From: Azolla caroliniana
Lineage: Eukaryota > Plantae > Polypodiophyta
Assembly: GCA_043228905.1 (NCBI GenBank)
Contig: JBHGNT010000021.1
Span: 10,230,001-10,294,000, forward strand
DNA length: 64,000 nucleotides
Direction of reading: 5' to 3'
A program made the position numbers and the translations under genes. Below, piece after piece: positions 37,066 to 49,824 of this stretch (position 1 is the stretch's first letter; each line of letters begins with the position of its first letter). The notes beneath the pieces are model-generated. The model had not been told where the DNA came from, searched no databases, and was given only the letters and a program-made list of their open reading frames with translations.

Positions 37066-40000
37066 AAGGGTTGTCTATTTTGAGGGAGAGAGGCATACCA
37101 CTTAGGTCAAGGGTTTCCTATTCGGTTTTAGGGTTTCGGTTAGGGTTTTCTTCTTGGGTTTTCCTTTAGGGTTCTTATAGTCGTTTGGTGCGGCCATGGC
37201 GGCCACCATTGTAAAGCGTTTATGTTTTCTTAATAGAACTTCTTGTTGAGTATCTTGACTCGATCTTCTTCATCTTCTTCTATCATAATGTTATATTCGT
37301 TCTCTTCTCCTCTTGAGCTATGAGCTAATCTTCCATTCGTTGTCTTAACCTTTCTCCTCTTCTCCCTAGTCCAAGACCCCTGTGGTCCCGCCCCTTCCAC
37401 ACGCACGCGCGTAACGCGACATCTTTTGGTGAACCCGACGTGAAGGGCGGCAAGGGAGCATGGAGATTGAAGAAGACTTCGACTTTGAGGAGATGATGGC
37501 AAAGATCATGATGGATGCGCGACGGAAAAAGGCGAGGCGAGATGGGGCTCAACAAGCCGTCAAGAGTGTGGTCGATCGAGTCGGCCGATTCAACGGGGAC
37601 GATGTCCCGAGGTTCTTGGAAGCATACGATGCCGAGATGGCAAAAGGGGGCGTAGACGAGGCGATGTGGCTAGAGTATTTTCCTCGAGTGGCGGCGGTAT
37701 CGGTGCACAAGGAGGTCAAGGAGCTACGAGAAGCTCATGAGTCGTGGGTGTCCTTTGAGGGAGCCCTATTGGAGGCGTACGGGTACACAGAACCGGAAGG
37801 AAGAGGTCAACATGATGCGAGGCGGTCGGCCACAACACGGCCCGCGAGCGGCAGAGAAGAGAGAGCGGTGAGTGGGTACACACTACCGCCGGAAGAGAGC
37901 TCAACGCAAAACGGTTCGGAGGAGCTCAACCTAGACGTGCTAATACGGGAGGCATGTGAGCTTGTGAAGACGAAAATCGGAGCCGAAGAAGGGCTTGTCA
38001 TGGAGACGGGCCGGAGACAATCGGAGGATGTGGAGGAAGAAGCCTCCCTAGACGTAGAAGACGGGGCCTATACGGAGGCCGGGAGAGCGTACGACGGCGA
38101 CATAGGAGAGGGTGCGGAGCAAGCGACCCTCTTGCCTTGCGGTGAAGGGACGGCCATGGAGGCCGGTAACTACGGATTCGGGACATGGCGGCCCGAAACA
38201 TTGAGTGAGGAGCGGACAAGCGGCGGTGCCGCGACCTTACACACACCGGTCCTAGAGACTCCGGCATCCGGCCTGAGAGCCGGTGTGAGACCTAGAGCGA
38301 CGGGCGGTGGTAGCGGCAAGGCGGGCTACCACGGCGACGAAGAGAACGAGGAAGAGATAGCCACGGACCACGGCGTCCGAACGAAGGTGGCTACGAACAT
38401 GGCATCGGCGAGTAACGGTACCGGGACTTTTCCCACATCTATTCTAGAGACTTTAGCAATCGGCCCCGAGAGCCCACATGAGACCGGAGAGACGGAAGGT
38501 GGCGGCGGCAAAGGTTTAGGGTTTAGGGTTTGAAACGACGACGACGACGAGGAAGGTCATAGCGGACGGAGGCAAGACTTCTCGACACCGAGACCGGAGA
38601 CTATGGCGGTTGCGCTCAAATGCCAACATAAGACCGGAGAGAAGGGCGGTGGTCGTGAGGAGGCGTGGCCCGGAGAGAACACGTACGAAGATGAGGATGC
38701 GAGGCCCGGAACGGGCATATACGAGAGGACCGACAGAGAGGTCGGGAGCGGCAAAGAGGAGAGAGTCGGGAACCGACCCGACCGGAAGATGAACCGGTCG
38801 ATAATCCGACATGACCGGAAGACGACGCGGAAGAACATTGGAGCGGGGTCCGGTCAACCGGGCCCAAACCGAAGAAGAGCCGGCAAGGCCGCATTTGTTC
38901 GGACAAACATGTACCGGCCGGTTACGATTACGGAAGGGAGCCGACCAAACCGGAACTCGATTGGCCGAGACCGATCCGGGCGAAGGCTAAGTCGGCATGA
39001 TTGGAGGTCGAGGCGAAAGGGCCACAACACCCAATGGGAGCCGGTGAGCACGAGAAGGAGGCCAAGCATGCACAAGGAGTACAACTCGGTGGGAGGCCAA
39101 GAGGGAGAGGAACCCTCCTCACACATTCTTGAGACTTTGGCGGTTGCGGATCGACGTAAGACCAAAGAGACGGCGGAAGGTGGTGAGGAGACGGAGGCCG
39201 GAACGGACAAGGCTACCGGAACGGGTACCCAGTGCGTGAAGGCGGACGAGCATGGCCAAGACGGCAAGTCAGAGTCGAAAGGGGCTACGGCAACGAAATA
39301 CGAAGAGGCCGACGCGGAGGTCGGGACTACAACAAGGGAAGCGTGTAACACGAAGCATGCATTACGGCATAGAACGGAGCTTGCACTATGGCCGGCGAAG
39401 GGCCAAGAAGCAAGCATGCACCTAGAAGAGCCGCAACGAGTGACCGACGATGACGGTCGGAGGAAGCCTTCGAGAGGCAAGCGCGGGACGACGGGCAGTG
39501 CGACGAGACGCCAAGATCGACAGAACGAGGCGGGCGTGATCGGCGTGAATGAAAGATTGTGTCTGGGAAAATGGAGGGGATGCACGGAGAACAACAGGGT
39601 ACACACCGGGAAGAGAAAACGTGGCGGCTTCCCGGAGGGCATACAAGGCCAAGCGGGCCAAGAGGGCGCAAGTCGAGGCGAGGCGATAACGAGAGCCTCG
39701 AGGGACACCGACACGGAGGTCGGGATGATGGTACGCTCTACGGCGAGAGAGCACGACGGGCAAAGGAGAGGCAAGGAATGCGGAATGGGGCCACCTAAGG
39801 GCCAAAGAATGAGCGCATATTCAAGGGACAACATCGACGCATGGGAAGAGCCTACGGAAGGCAAGCGCGGAGCGGGAAGAGTCGACACACCGAGGTGTTC
39901 GACATGCGGAGACGATGAAACCAAGGGAGCGGCACGCAAAGAGCGGAAACCGGAGTGCGACCGGAGAGATCCGGAGCGCATCCGGAGGACATGCGAGGCA

Positions 40001-40505
40001 GACCAAGAGGGTGTACCTCGGGGCGAAGCGGCAACATCGGAGGTTGTGGAGGACACCGAAGATGAGAGCACTGACATGGATGTCGGGGAAGCAACGTACC
40101 TTTTCGAAAGGGTACGCAGAGCGGAGCGGAGCGCGAGACGTGCGATGTGGCCGCGTAAGGGCCGAACGACAAGCACGAGGATGATCGGCGAGCATGGAAG
40201 GCTATGTCTTGAGAACCGGAGGAGGTGCGTGGAGTACAATGGGCTACGGAAGCGCGGCGTCCCAGAAGGCATGCGAGGCGAAGCGGGCCAAGAGGACGAG
40301 AGACGGGATGAAGCGGTGACGGGAGTTGCGAAGGACATTGACATGGTGGTCGGGATGATGGTACGCTCTACGGCGAGAGAGCACAGCGCGCAACGGAGAA
40401 GCGAGGAGCGTGTAATGAGGTCGTTGAGGGACCGAAGAACGAGCGCATGTTCGGGAGACAACAAGGGCCCACGGAAAGAGCCTACGGAAGGTGAGCGCGA
40501 AACGG
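37066..40505 (+). mobile_element. Second, diverged copy of the gag-long-tail element (R-U5 to 37421, Trp PBS 37427-37444, ORF pieces 37460-38533 and 38603-~40500; 3' end missing)
   Basis: MEIEEDFDFEEMMAKIMMD, RAYDGDIGEGAEQATLLPCGE and EERVGNRPDR match the 1297-aa ORF. Confidence 0.85.
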
Positions 40506-40822
40506 ATATGTATATATACTTTTGGATCCAAAATTCTACAATTTATTTGATTTGGTATGTGGTAAAAAAATAATTCAACATGTTCTAGTTGACATTAAAA
40601 CTCGTAGAAAAGTGGTCAGTTAAAATTTTTAAATTCCAGTTAGGATCACAATAAGCAGGAAAAAGAAAATTTCCAAAAAAAAACACTACTTCCCATTAGT
40701 TAGCAAAAGAATTACATCGAAGAACAGCCATAATCAAAACAGCATAATACTCACCTAACTATTTACAACAAGAGTAACCCACTGCCTCTTTTCACATAGT
40801 GACCACCATGGTGACCACATAT

Positions 40823-43370
40823 TCACAACGAAGCCAATGGCGGAAACAGCCATCTTGGTGCTTGGTAATTCCATTTAGGACCAGACGCTGAATTAACCAT
40901 CATAGGAGAGCGACCCCATTTCAGCAAAAACTTTGAGCGAGCCCTGTCTGCTGCATCCGAGTTCCCTTCAATTGAGTTATACTGTCCGCGCAGCCAAGAT
41001 ACCAGCTCGAACCAAATGTTTAGCAACACCTCACCGCTTGGGAGTTTTCGTTGCTGAAAAACCAGCATACATCGTCTGGTCCAAATGTGCCAGACCGAGA
41101 AGCATGCCACCAACATCCATATCTCCTCAAAAAAACCAGAGTTTGTACCAGGTTCTACTCCCACACTTTTGAATACACTGCCGCCCTGCAATATAAAACC
41201 ATGACCATGTGGATTTAATTGTTCCGCCCAACCTTCCTTAGTTAGTTTCAAACCCTGTAAGGACCCCCACACAACTCTCCCATTCACCCCGCATGCTGCC
41301 ACTATCCTGAGACTTCGACCCCAAATGCTGATTGCCTCTGCACAATTCCAAAAACAGTGAGGTATCGATTCCAAAGAGTGACCACATAACAGGCAACCAG
41401 CCTCCCCACCACGAGACCTCATCCACTCCCCTACCGGTAACGCCTTATGACTAAGAAGCCAAAACCACACCTTGATTTTTTCTGGCATATCAGATGCCCA
41501 TAGTCTCCGCCAAAACGACTTCAACAAGTCATCTGATATGCCTTTATCCCTCCAACTATTGCGAGTTTGAGCAGCACCCACTGATTTGGAGCCAATGATT
41601 TGCCTTCCGAGCTTAGTACTATAATCAAAAAAACCCTCCAGTTTGTTCGTTCCCGGTTTTTGCGACCATACCTCTAGTGGATCCCACTCCAAATCATGTA
41701 GAGGCTTGTTGTCCAATAGCCATAGTTTACAATCATTATCTAGCTTCCCTGGGTCTGGGTTTAATTGCCACTTCTTACCTTCCAACACTGCCACCCGCAC
41801 TGCCAACCACTAACCATTGTCGGACAAAGCACTTAGGTTTCCCCACAAACGATATTCATTAGATGGACACTTGCCACGGATAATTTGTCCATCACTCTCA
41901 CCTACAAACCACCCAGACCAGACCCCCTCTTCCTTATCCAACCTATCTATACCATCAACAGCCTTATTTATCAGTTGGGTCACTTTCTCAAGCCTACAAG
42001 AAATGCTACCAAACTGACCCTCCCTCCTCTTCATTTTGAAAACATCCCACTCTCTTACTGAACTAACATTGTACCCTAACATGCGGCCCCATGGCAAATA
42101 TTTTTTCTGTCCAAGCATCATGCCGTCCTCGTTTCTAATCCTAGGGTTCCAAAATAACGGTTGTCGGAGTTGTTCCTCCAATGTTTTCGGTTGCATTAAG
42201 ACCAACCCATCTCTTACACTTGACCAAGCCATCATTATGGCACGGGCCACCCTGTCCTCCATGCTATTTGGTTGTTTCAGCTTTAAATCTGGACTGAACA
42301 ACCACCACAACTTTGCCTTCCAAGGGCCGCCATTCCTTGGACACCAAAGGTCAGCTCTATCCCTAAGAAGCAACTTCCACAGTTCAGGACCAGGTTGTAA
42401 ACTTCGCACAAGTAGCTTACCTAGTAAAGCTTTACTTTGGTGAACTGGATCCACCAACCCAAGTCCACCTTGGTTTTTCGCCTTGATCAAACAACTCCAC
42501 GCCACTTTAGCTGATGCCCTCTCATGGTCTCTACCCGACCATAGGAACCCTCTCACCATTGCCTTAATATTTTTGATGCAAGTTTTGTCTAACACCCAAC
42601 ATGCCACCGAGTGCCACATGGTGGCTAACAAAATGTGGTTTACCACGACCACCCTACCTGCAAGAGAGAGCTTTACTGATGCCCACACCCGAAGCTTTTT
42701 TCTGATTTTGTCTTTCACTTGCTCAAGTTGCTGATTTTTGGGTGTCTCAACGCCCACCAAAAAACCCAAATATTTAACAGCCATTCCATTGGGGACCCAT
42801 TGAAAATCAGCATTAGGGCACCAAAGAGGCCATGGGTTTGAACTTACCCAAAATCCCTTGCTTTTATTCCAATTGATTTTCCCTCCTGATGCTCTACAAA
42901 ACAACTCAATTCGACTTTCAGCAAGCTGTAAATTATCATCATTGCCTTGTAGATAGAGCATAGTGTCATCTGCGTATGATGAGTCCAACAACTCCTTGCC
43001 CGCTTGTGGGACAACTAACCCCCTTATTCCTGCATCTGGTTTGTTTAAAAAGAAAGAGAATGCCTCTGCAATAAATAAATAAAGGTAGGGGGCCAACGGG
43101 CACCCTTGCCTGACAGACTTGCATAATGGAATTCGTGGGCCCCGATGCCCTGACACCATCACCCTACTCAAACTTCCTTCGTAAAGGGCTAACGCAGCCG
43201 ATCTCCATTTGGAGGGTAGTCCCAACCTCTCCATCACTTTATCTAAGAAAGGCCATTGTACTTTGTCATACGCCTTCTCGAAGTCAAGCATGAGACATGC
43301 AATATGTTGATTGGTTTTCTTTGCCAAGGCAATCGCCTCCCAAAAGGTCAACACATTATCAATTATGCAT
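40823..43370 (-). mobile_element. 5'-truncated L1-clade LINE: ORF2 RT + zf-RVT region with one in-frame stop
   Basis: LDFEKAYDKV, VRQGCPLAPYLY, YADDT, YLGF, CLLCGHSLESIPHCFWNC, WHIWTRRC; TAG at 41810-41812 separates two same-frame ORFs. Confidence 0.92.
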
Positions 43371-45355
43371 CTGTTTACCAAACTTTCATGTTTACCAAAC
43401 TTTATTGATGATTTATCATATATGTCTACCAAATTCATTATAGATAGATTCTATATATTATGTTGATCTCAAGTATCTCTCCACGGTATAGTATGCCATC
43501 AAGTCTATCCAAGAAGGATTAATCAAACCAAACAGAATTAAATAGAATCTTTCTAGACTTAATATACTCTTCCAAGTATTTGCCCATGGTAACATGTCAT
43601 CAAGTTCATCTAATGATTGCCTATCAAATCAAACATATTTGAAATGAGTCCTTTTGTATCAGGTCTACACATGTAATATTTGCTCACTACATACCCTCAA
43701 GTTCATCCGAGAGTGATGCTTTAAATCAAACATATTTAAAATCAATTTCTTTGTATTACATCTAGAGAAGACATTTGCCCAATAACTTTTACCCAATAAC
43801 TTTACTAATTTGGAGCACTATGATCATGTCAATATTCAACAATAGAGGACTCAAAAGTTGTTGGTGAAATATTGATAGATTACACATCGACAAACTAATA
43901 AATGGACTCTTTTTTAGAACAATGTGCATATTGGAATATCGAAACCAATAAACAAGTTATTGATGTTGTGCAAATTTATGAAGTAACAAAAATCAAGGAA
44001 AGAAACATGACAACAAAATCTTTTAAATGGGGTTTCCATCTAATTATAGGAAAATACTTAAAAATACCCCTAATTTTGTATTATGTCAAGAACGCCTTTG
44101 TACCATTGAAAATTCTACTTTCTTCCATCGCCATGATTTGTGACTTTGGCTCAATTTAGACCTCCGATGGCAAAACAAATATACATGCATAGGCATGGTA
44201 AAAGTAACTAAGAGCATTTCGAGAAATACGAGAACTACACAAATTGGTACAAACCAACCATTGCCCAATTCCTATAAGGATTGTGTTAATGATTTCATCA
44301 TTGTAGCAATTACTCCATTATTTGTAGCAAATAGTTCAATATTTGCACCAATTACTACATTCAGTTTTCTTTGTCTATGACATCAACATTTACATTTGCA
44401 TTAATAGGCATTAAGAGTGACAAGCAAAAAGCTCTTTCTAATCCTTCAACTCCCCATATGGCTATTGTATCTCTCTTTATTTTTCTACTTAGTGTGTTGA
44501 TTAAAGAATCAACAGAGCTTGGAGTAGATTATTTATTCATGAGGATTATCTTTGCATAAAAGATATCTTGAACATTGCCGTCAAAAGAATAGAATTGCTA
44601 GACATCATTTTCACAATGTAAGACATCTAAGCGTGAATGACAATGTCTTTTCATGACACAGCACTTTATTCTACAAATAATATGTATGACATCCTCTAAC
44701 ATATATCTGATGTTGGAAGAACAGTTTTGAGGCATGGAACACAATTGATTGTCAAGATGTCAATCTAACATCTCCTTTAGACAACATTGAAATTAAAACT
44801 AGTTTGTATGGTGCAAAATTTTGACCTCTTAAAGAATCTTTGAACTCAACCTTCACACTAGGAATAATTTAGTACATTTTGATAGGTTTCTCTGATCATA
44901 TAATTCAGTAGATTTTGTCAACATGTTTGGCCTTCGAAATGCTTTATGTTCTTGGAATTAGCTTTTGCATTTACATATGTATTGTGACCCAAAGATGTGA
45001 TGATGGCTCGACCCCATGTAGATGATACATTCTCCACAAAATCATATTTTACAAATAGTTGTAGAAAACAAGGGAGTGATTCAAGACAGTAGAATCACAT
45101 ATGGGAGGAACTTATTTTATTTCCTCAATTTTTAACGAATGAGAATGATGTTGTCATTTGAGGTCAAGAGACATCGTCATCAGCTCGCTCAGTACTTAAA
45201 ATATTTGCTTCCGGAAGGGAAATGGCTAGAGAATCACAGTTACCAAGTTTCCATAGTGATGATGTTCCATGGCCCCTCCAATTATATTGTGTTGGTCAAA
45301 TGCGGTAAATCAAGTCATATGATTATTGAAATGACTCTCCAGGATTTTAGCATAT

Positions 45356-45521
45356 ACATGATCATTTTCTACAAACAATCTATCCATCAAATACCTGCAA
45401 AAATACAACATGGACACAGATATCTTATGACAAGGTGTACATGATCATTTTCTACAAACAATCTGTACATCAAATACCTGCAGAAATACAACATGGACAC
45501 AGATATCTTATGACAAGGTTT
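45356..45521. repeat. 83-bp tandem duplication just downstream of the NIPA stop codon
   Basis: ACATGATCATTTTCTACAAACAATC... at 45356 and 45439. Confidence 0.9.
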
Positions 45522-45559
45522 ACATTCTTGCAGTGTTAATAAATAACTCAATCATACCA

Positions 45560-47800
45560 TCATTCAACTATCAAATGTAGACAATCTTTACAGTCTCCAA
45601 GAAGTCGTTTCGAGATAGATGGAGAAAATGCTGAATATAAACCTGGAATTTGCTCGCAATATTCAGTAATTGCAATCAAATTCTTTGGATTTGTTAGAAA
45701 GAGTTAGACAAATTAGTATATAAGATTACACACATATAAAGACTCACTTATTCTGAAGAGATCACAATTCCCAAGTTCCTTTGTTGTAATCAATAAGGTC
45801 ACACCGGATAAGATGATCAAGAATCCACACATCTCTGAAATGATACTTGATGCGGTCTGCCCTTGCCAACTCTGTTTGAGAAACAAAACAACCATTACAA
45901 TAGTCACATAACGTATCTTCATTTCTAAATGAAGAAATTGTTATTGTGATTTACCTTGAACATGATGACACTGGCCAAAATTGTGAATGAAGTAAATGTA
46001 ACATAGTACATCAAAGATACAACTGCCGTATCGAATGCATCCAATGCCTGGGATCACTGCGAGTCTACTAGTAAGAATTGAGTAAAAAAAGTCTTCGATA
46101 GAAGAAAATAATAGGAAAGCCCACCTTGTTTAAATAGTTCATCTGTGTTAAGCCACATATGACCACCACAGCTACAAAAACCCATGTGTGCGGATAGAAA
46201 ATTTGATTATCCCCTTCAAAAGTTAGTTTGATCACAATACCCATAGCTTTTACGCTCATTACCTATCCATGAACAACATTGAGTTTAGACACTCAACTCT
46301 TAAACATGCTCACAAACAAACAGATTTTCGTCTAAACGCATACATACCGTCAGTGAGCCGGCCAATGAGCAAATACTTATACATACTATTACATGGGTCC
46401 GGCCATAGTGAGGTACAAAGAATATAATCAAGGTCAACACAATGAGAGAGACCGATATCATATATATTACAAAGGCTGCAAAGATGTAAGAATAAGTATT
46501 TTGAGAAATACGAATATGATGCATATATATAACATTGTAGACAGGTGTAATAGAAAAGTTTTTTTCGTAAAATACCTGATTGTGTTGCGAGCTCCCATAT
46601 CTCTTCCACAGAATCAATCGATTGATCCCTTGGGGCATGAAGTACCATAGTGATAGACCCAACAACACTCAAGATGCAACCCAACACTCCGAGGGCATTA
46701 AGCTTTTCACTCAAAAATAAGTGGGCTAAAATAGCACTGTGAAAGAAGAGACATTCGATTCAGTCTCACTTCATTATATTTGAACAATTATATGGTTCAT
46801 TTTTTCCCTCTTCCTAGGGTTGACAAGGGGCATTTGGAGAAATAATGAAAACTCAGTCTCATTTGGTCCAATCTAACTATTCACATTTACAAGAAATATA
46901 AATCAACATTTTGTACAGTACATGTATACCTTACTATGATGCTAACAGCACCGAGAGGTGTGACCAAAATGGCTGGTGCATATGCGTATGCAGCAAAATT
47001 CGCCACTTCGCCAGTGATCACTGAAAAGATACATTACACCATCATCGTAGCGATAAATATATCCAACATAGCTTGTTTCCATTAAACATTAGTCGGATCA
47101 AACTTTAACAAAGAAAATGCAAAAAAGAACAGTATGTGTGTTTGTGTGATTCTGAAGTGATGGGACATGTGCTTATGATATCAAAACATCGTCCATAAAA
47201 CATGGGGTTATTCCCACCATCCTCAGCAATGTAAAATAATGCAGCCCAACTCATAAAAAAGAAAACATACACCCCATGACCACATAAATCATCGCAGAAA
47301 TGAGACACTGTCACAAACAAGGTCTTTCCTTTGGAAAACAAGGACCGAGGCATACACAAAACACGAATGACCATCATAGACTACAAAACAGAAAAAGCAT
47401 TCAACAGGTAAAACTACAATGGTGAAAAAGAAAGCTTACTTGTGAGCATTCCAGACCACCAAAGAGGCTCAAGAAGGTATGAATGTCCTCCAGCATCTGA
47501 ATATATGAGGAAATTAAAGTAAGTAATGATCAAATCCAATTGCATTAAGTGATGTGAGATCATAGATGCATTGATACAATACTACAACGTGCTGGTTTTG
47601 GAATTAAGAGAAGAAGAGAGGGGACGACCAGCAGAGAGGGAGAGGGCTCCTGCTTTCTTCAGCCCTTTCTTCTTCATGATGAAGCTAGATCCGATGAAGA
47701 AGCAAGAGGTGAGGGCGAGGGCGAGGCCCTTGGCATTGGCAGGAGTGAAGGAGGATGAATCATATAGCACCTTCATCATCATCATCATCATCATCATCAT
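45560..47800 (-). CDS. NIPA: NIPA-family magnesium transporter, 9 coding exons, ~348 aa
   Basis: Exons (minus) 47800-47629, 47496-47440, 47020-46930, 46736-46576, 46475-46348, 46262-46125, 46047-45955, 45871-45748, 45642-45560; all introns GT-AG, total 1047 nt in frame; motifs [56 protein letters not shown]; last exon least certain. Confidence 0.92.
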
Positions 47801-49824
47801 CTCTGCTGATCTCTAATCTCCAAACCCTCTGTCTGTGTGTCTCCCTCCCTCCCTCCCTCCCTCTCTCCCGCGCAAACTGGTAGGGTGGGGGTCATTGTCT
47901 GACATATACCATACATACATACATAGCCTTTAGCCTTACTCTCTTTTCTTTTCCAGAAGCATTGAATTGAACACACACTGCACTGCTGAGTCACGACAAG
48001 CCACGCTTCTCTCGCCCCCCGCATAACAAATTCTGCTCTAATCTACGTACATATGTATATGTATACTGTATATGTATATTGTATATGTACATATATGTAT
48101 ATATCATATCCAATACGAATGTTGGTTGCTCCCATTATTTGCGTCTTTCTATCGGTTCGTCACATTGTGCAACGCTTATGCCGGTTAGATTTAACATGGT
48201 GTACAGGTCGGTCCCACTTGTGTACAACGACAAGAGTTCATGAATGTGACTGCAACAAATATGATACCAGCGATTAAGAGAAGGATTATGAGTGCTTAAT
48301 TAAGGATCTAGATGGCATTTGCCATCAATAAGTGGAAGTTGGCCCTTTTGTAGGTCAACGCCATATCGACCAATGCAAGAATGAGGAGGGTGGCATAAAG
48401 ATGCGATGTACATAATTATGTGGATGACTCATCACATGTACAAGATGGCATCCATTGGACTATGTCGTTTTCAATAATCAAAATGAGATGGAATGAAACC
48501 ATGACTTAAATCTTGGAGAATCAGATGATGGGAAGGGAGCATGCAGAAGTTTTTATCATGTGAATAAGCATCCTTCAGACTATATGCCTAGGCTTAGGTC
48601 AACTTAGTTTGGTCTAGAGACGTATCAACACAAAAATGTATCTTGGAACTTCCCCAACGTTGGATGAACTAGTCAAAACATTGATGTCTCAACTTTGATA
48701 TGACTCTTGAGCCATAGATAGGGATTTTGAATCAATACATACATGTGGATTTTACATTCGTTGCAAAATAGAATAAATTAGTATGTGTTTATGTGGAATT
48801 TATTATCATGCACAATGAGGCAAAATTTGGCTTATGTAACCAAATCAACAAATGAGATTTTATGTGACTCCTTCCTAAGGAAAAGGGTTACTTCTATCCG
48901 CTCAAGGTGTTTTCATTAAGAGTATATCTTTGTCTTGACGAAACTATGACTAGAGATTTTTTGTCAAGGAGTCTAGACCATTGTACACCTATTGATTGTA
49001 AGTTGGGAAAGAGTGGTTGCGAACATTCCCGGGGACTCCACTATACATATATATGAAGGTTATATAACGTGCGTTCATGACATCATTTATAAACCCCTTA
49101 TACGTATGGTTTTTACTATTTTAGTGACCCTTCTGTAGAAAAAATATTAATAAAAATACCCCTTATTACCAATATATTTTTTGATAACTACCCATTTTAA
49201 ATACCTTTACATATAAAATATACATGCACATATAGTTTCCAATCCTAGAAGGGATCAATGATCGTCTTTACAATTGGTGACTAACAAAATTATGAATGAA
49301 CATTAAACATCATGTGCAAATTCCTAGAAATGCTTCATCAAGTGCCACATAGATTGAAAACACAATGTGTAAAGTACAAAGTAATGCACACACAATTAGG
49401 AAACATTACCCAAAAACACTAGAGGTATAACATATATAAGCCACATATAAGTTTTATTTTTTAGTTTATTGAGACATATGAAGAATATAGAGTGATAAAA
49501 AACAACGTAATTTACAATAAAACAATGATATCTTAAACTTGACATATATATCTCAAAGAGCACGCATGGAACGATCCAAAATGCATATCAATAATGAAAT
49601 TACAAACAAATTAACATTATGTTTGGTTTCATGGATAGACTCACATGAAGCCATAACATTATTTTTTCTCAAACACATTGATCAAACAAATTGGCAACCT
49701 ATTTCATATTTCCATTTGAAATGTAAGACATCATCTATTCACATATTCTTACCCAAATCAAAATGAAATAAAATAAATCATTTTGTTATTGCAATGTCTA
49801 CTTAAAAAACTTATTACAATTTGT

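Larger units (their letters stand above)
26800..37075 (-). mobile_element. 5'-truncated Trp-gypsy element: 3' LTR 26800-27458 + 33526-33560, pol ~33640-37075
   Basis: PPT motif at 33561-33580; RT, RNase H and integrase ORFs closely similar to those of the 19515 element; LTR split by solo LTR 27459-33525. Confidence 0.9.

Noticed and set aside
38854-40464. 536-aa antisense ORF and similar overlapping ORFs (24466-25593, 29447-30271)
   Set aside because: Shadow frames of GC-rich coding sequence with no recognisable motifs
43371-43438. ATG start of the 542-aa LINE ORF
   Set aside because: Fortuitous extension into flanking DNA; the RT N-terminus and endonuclease are missing
43370-45100. Possible DNA transposon or gene remnant in AT-rich DNA (also 48100-49800)
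   Set aside because: Only short local repeats; no terminal inverted repeats or protein motifs that I could support
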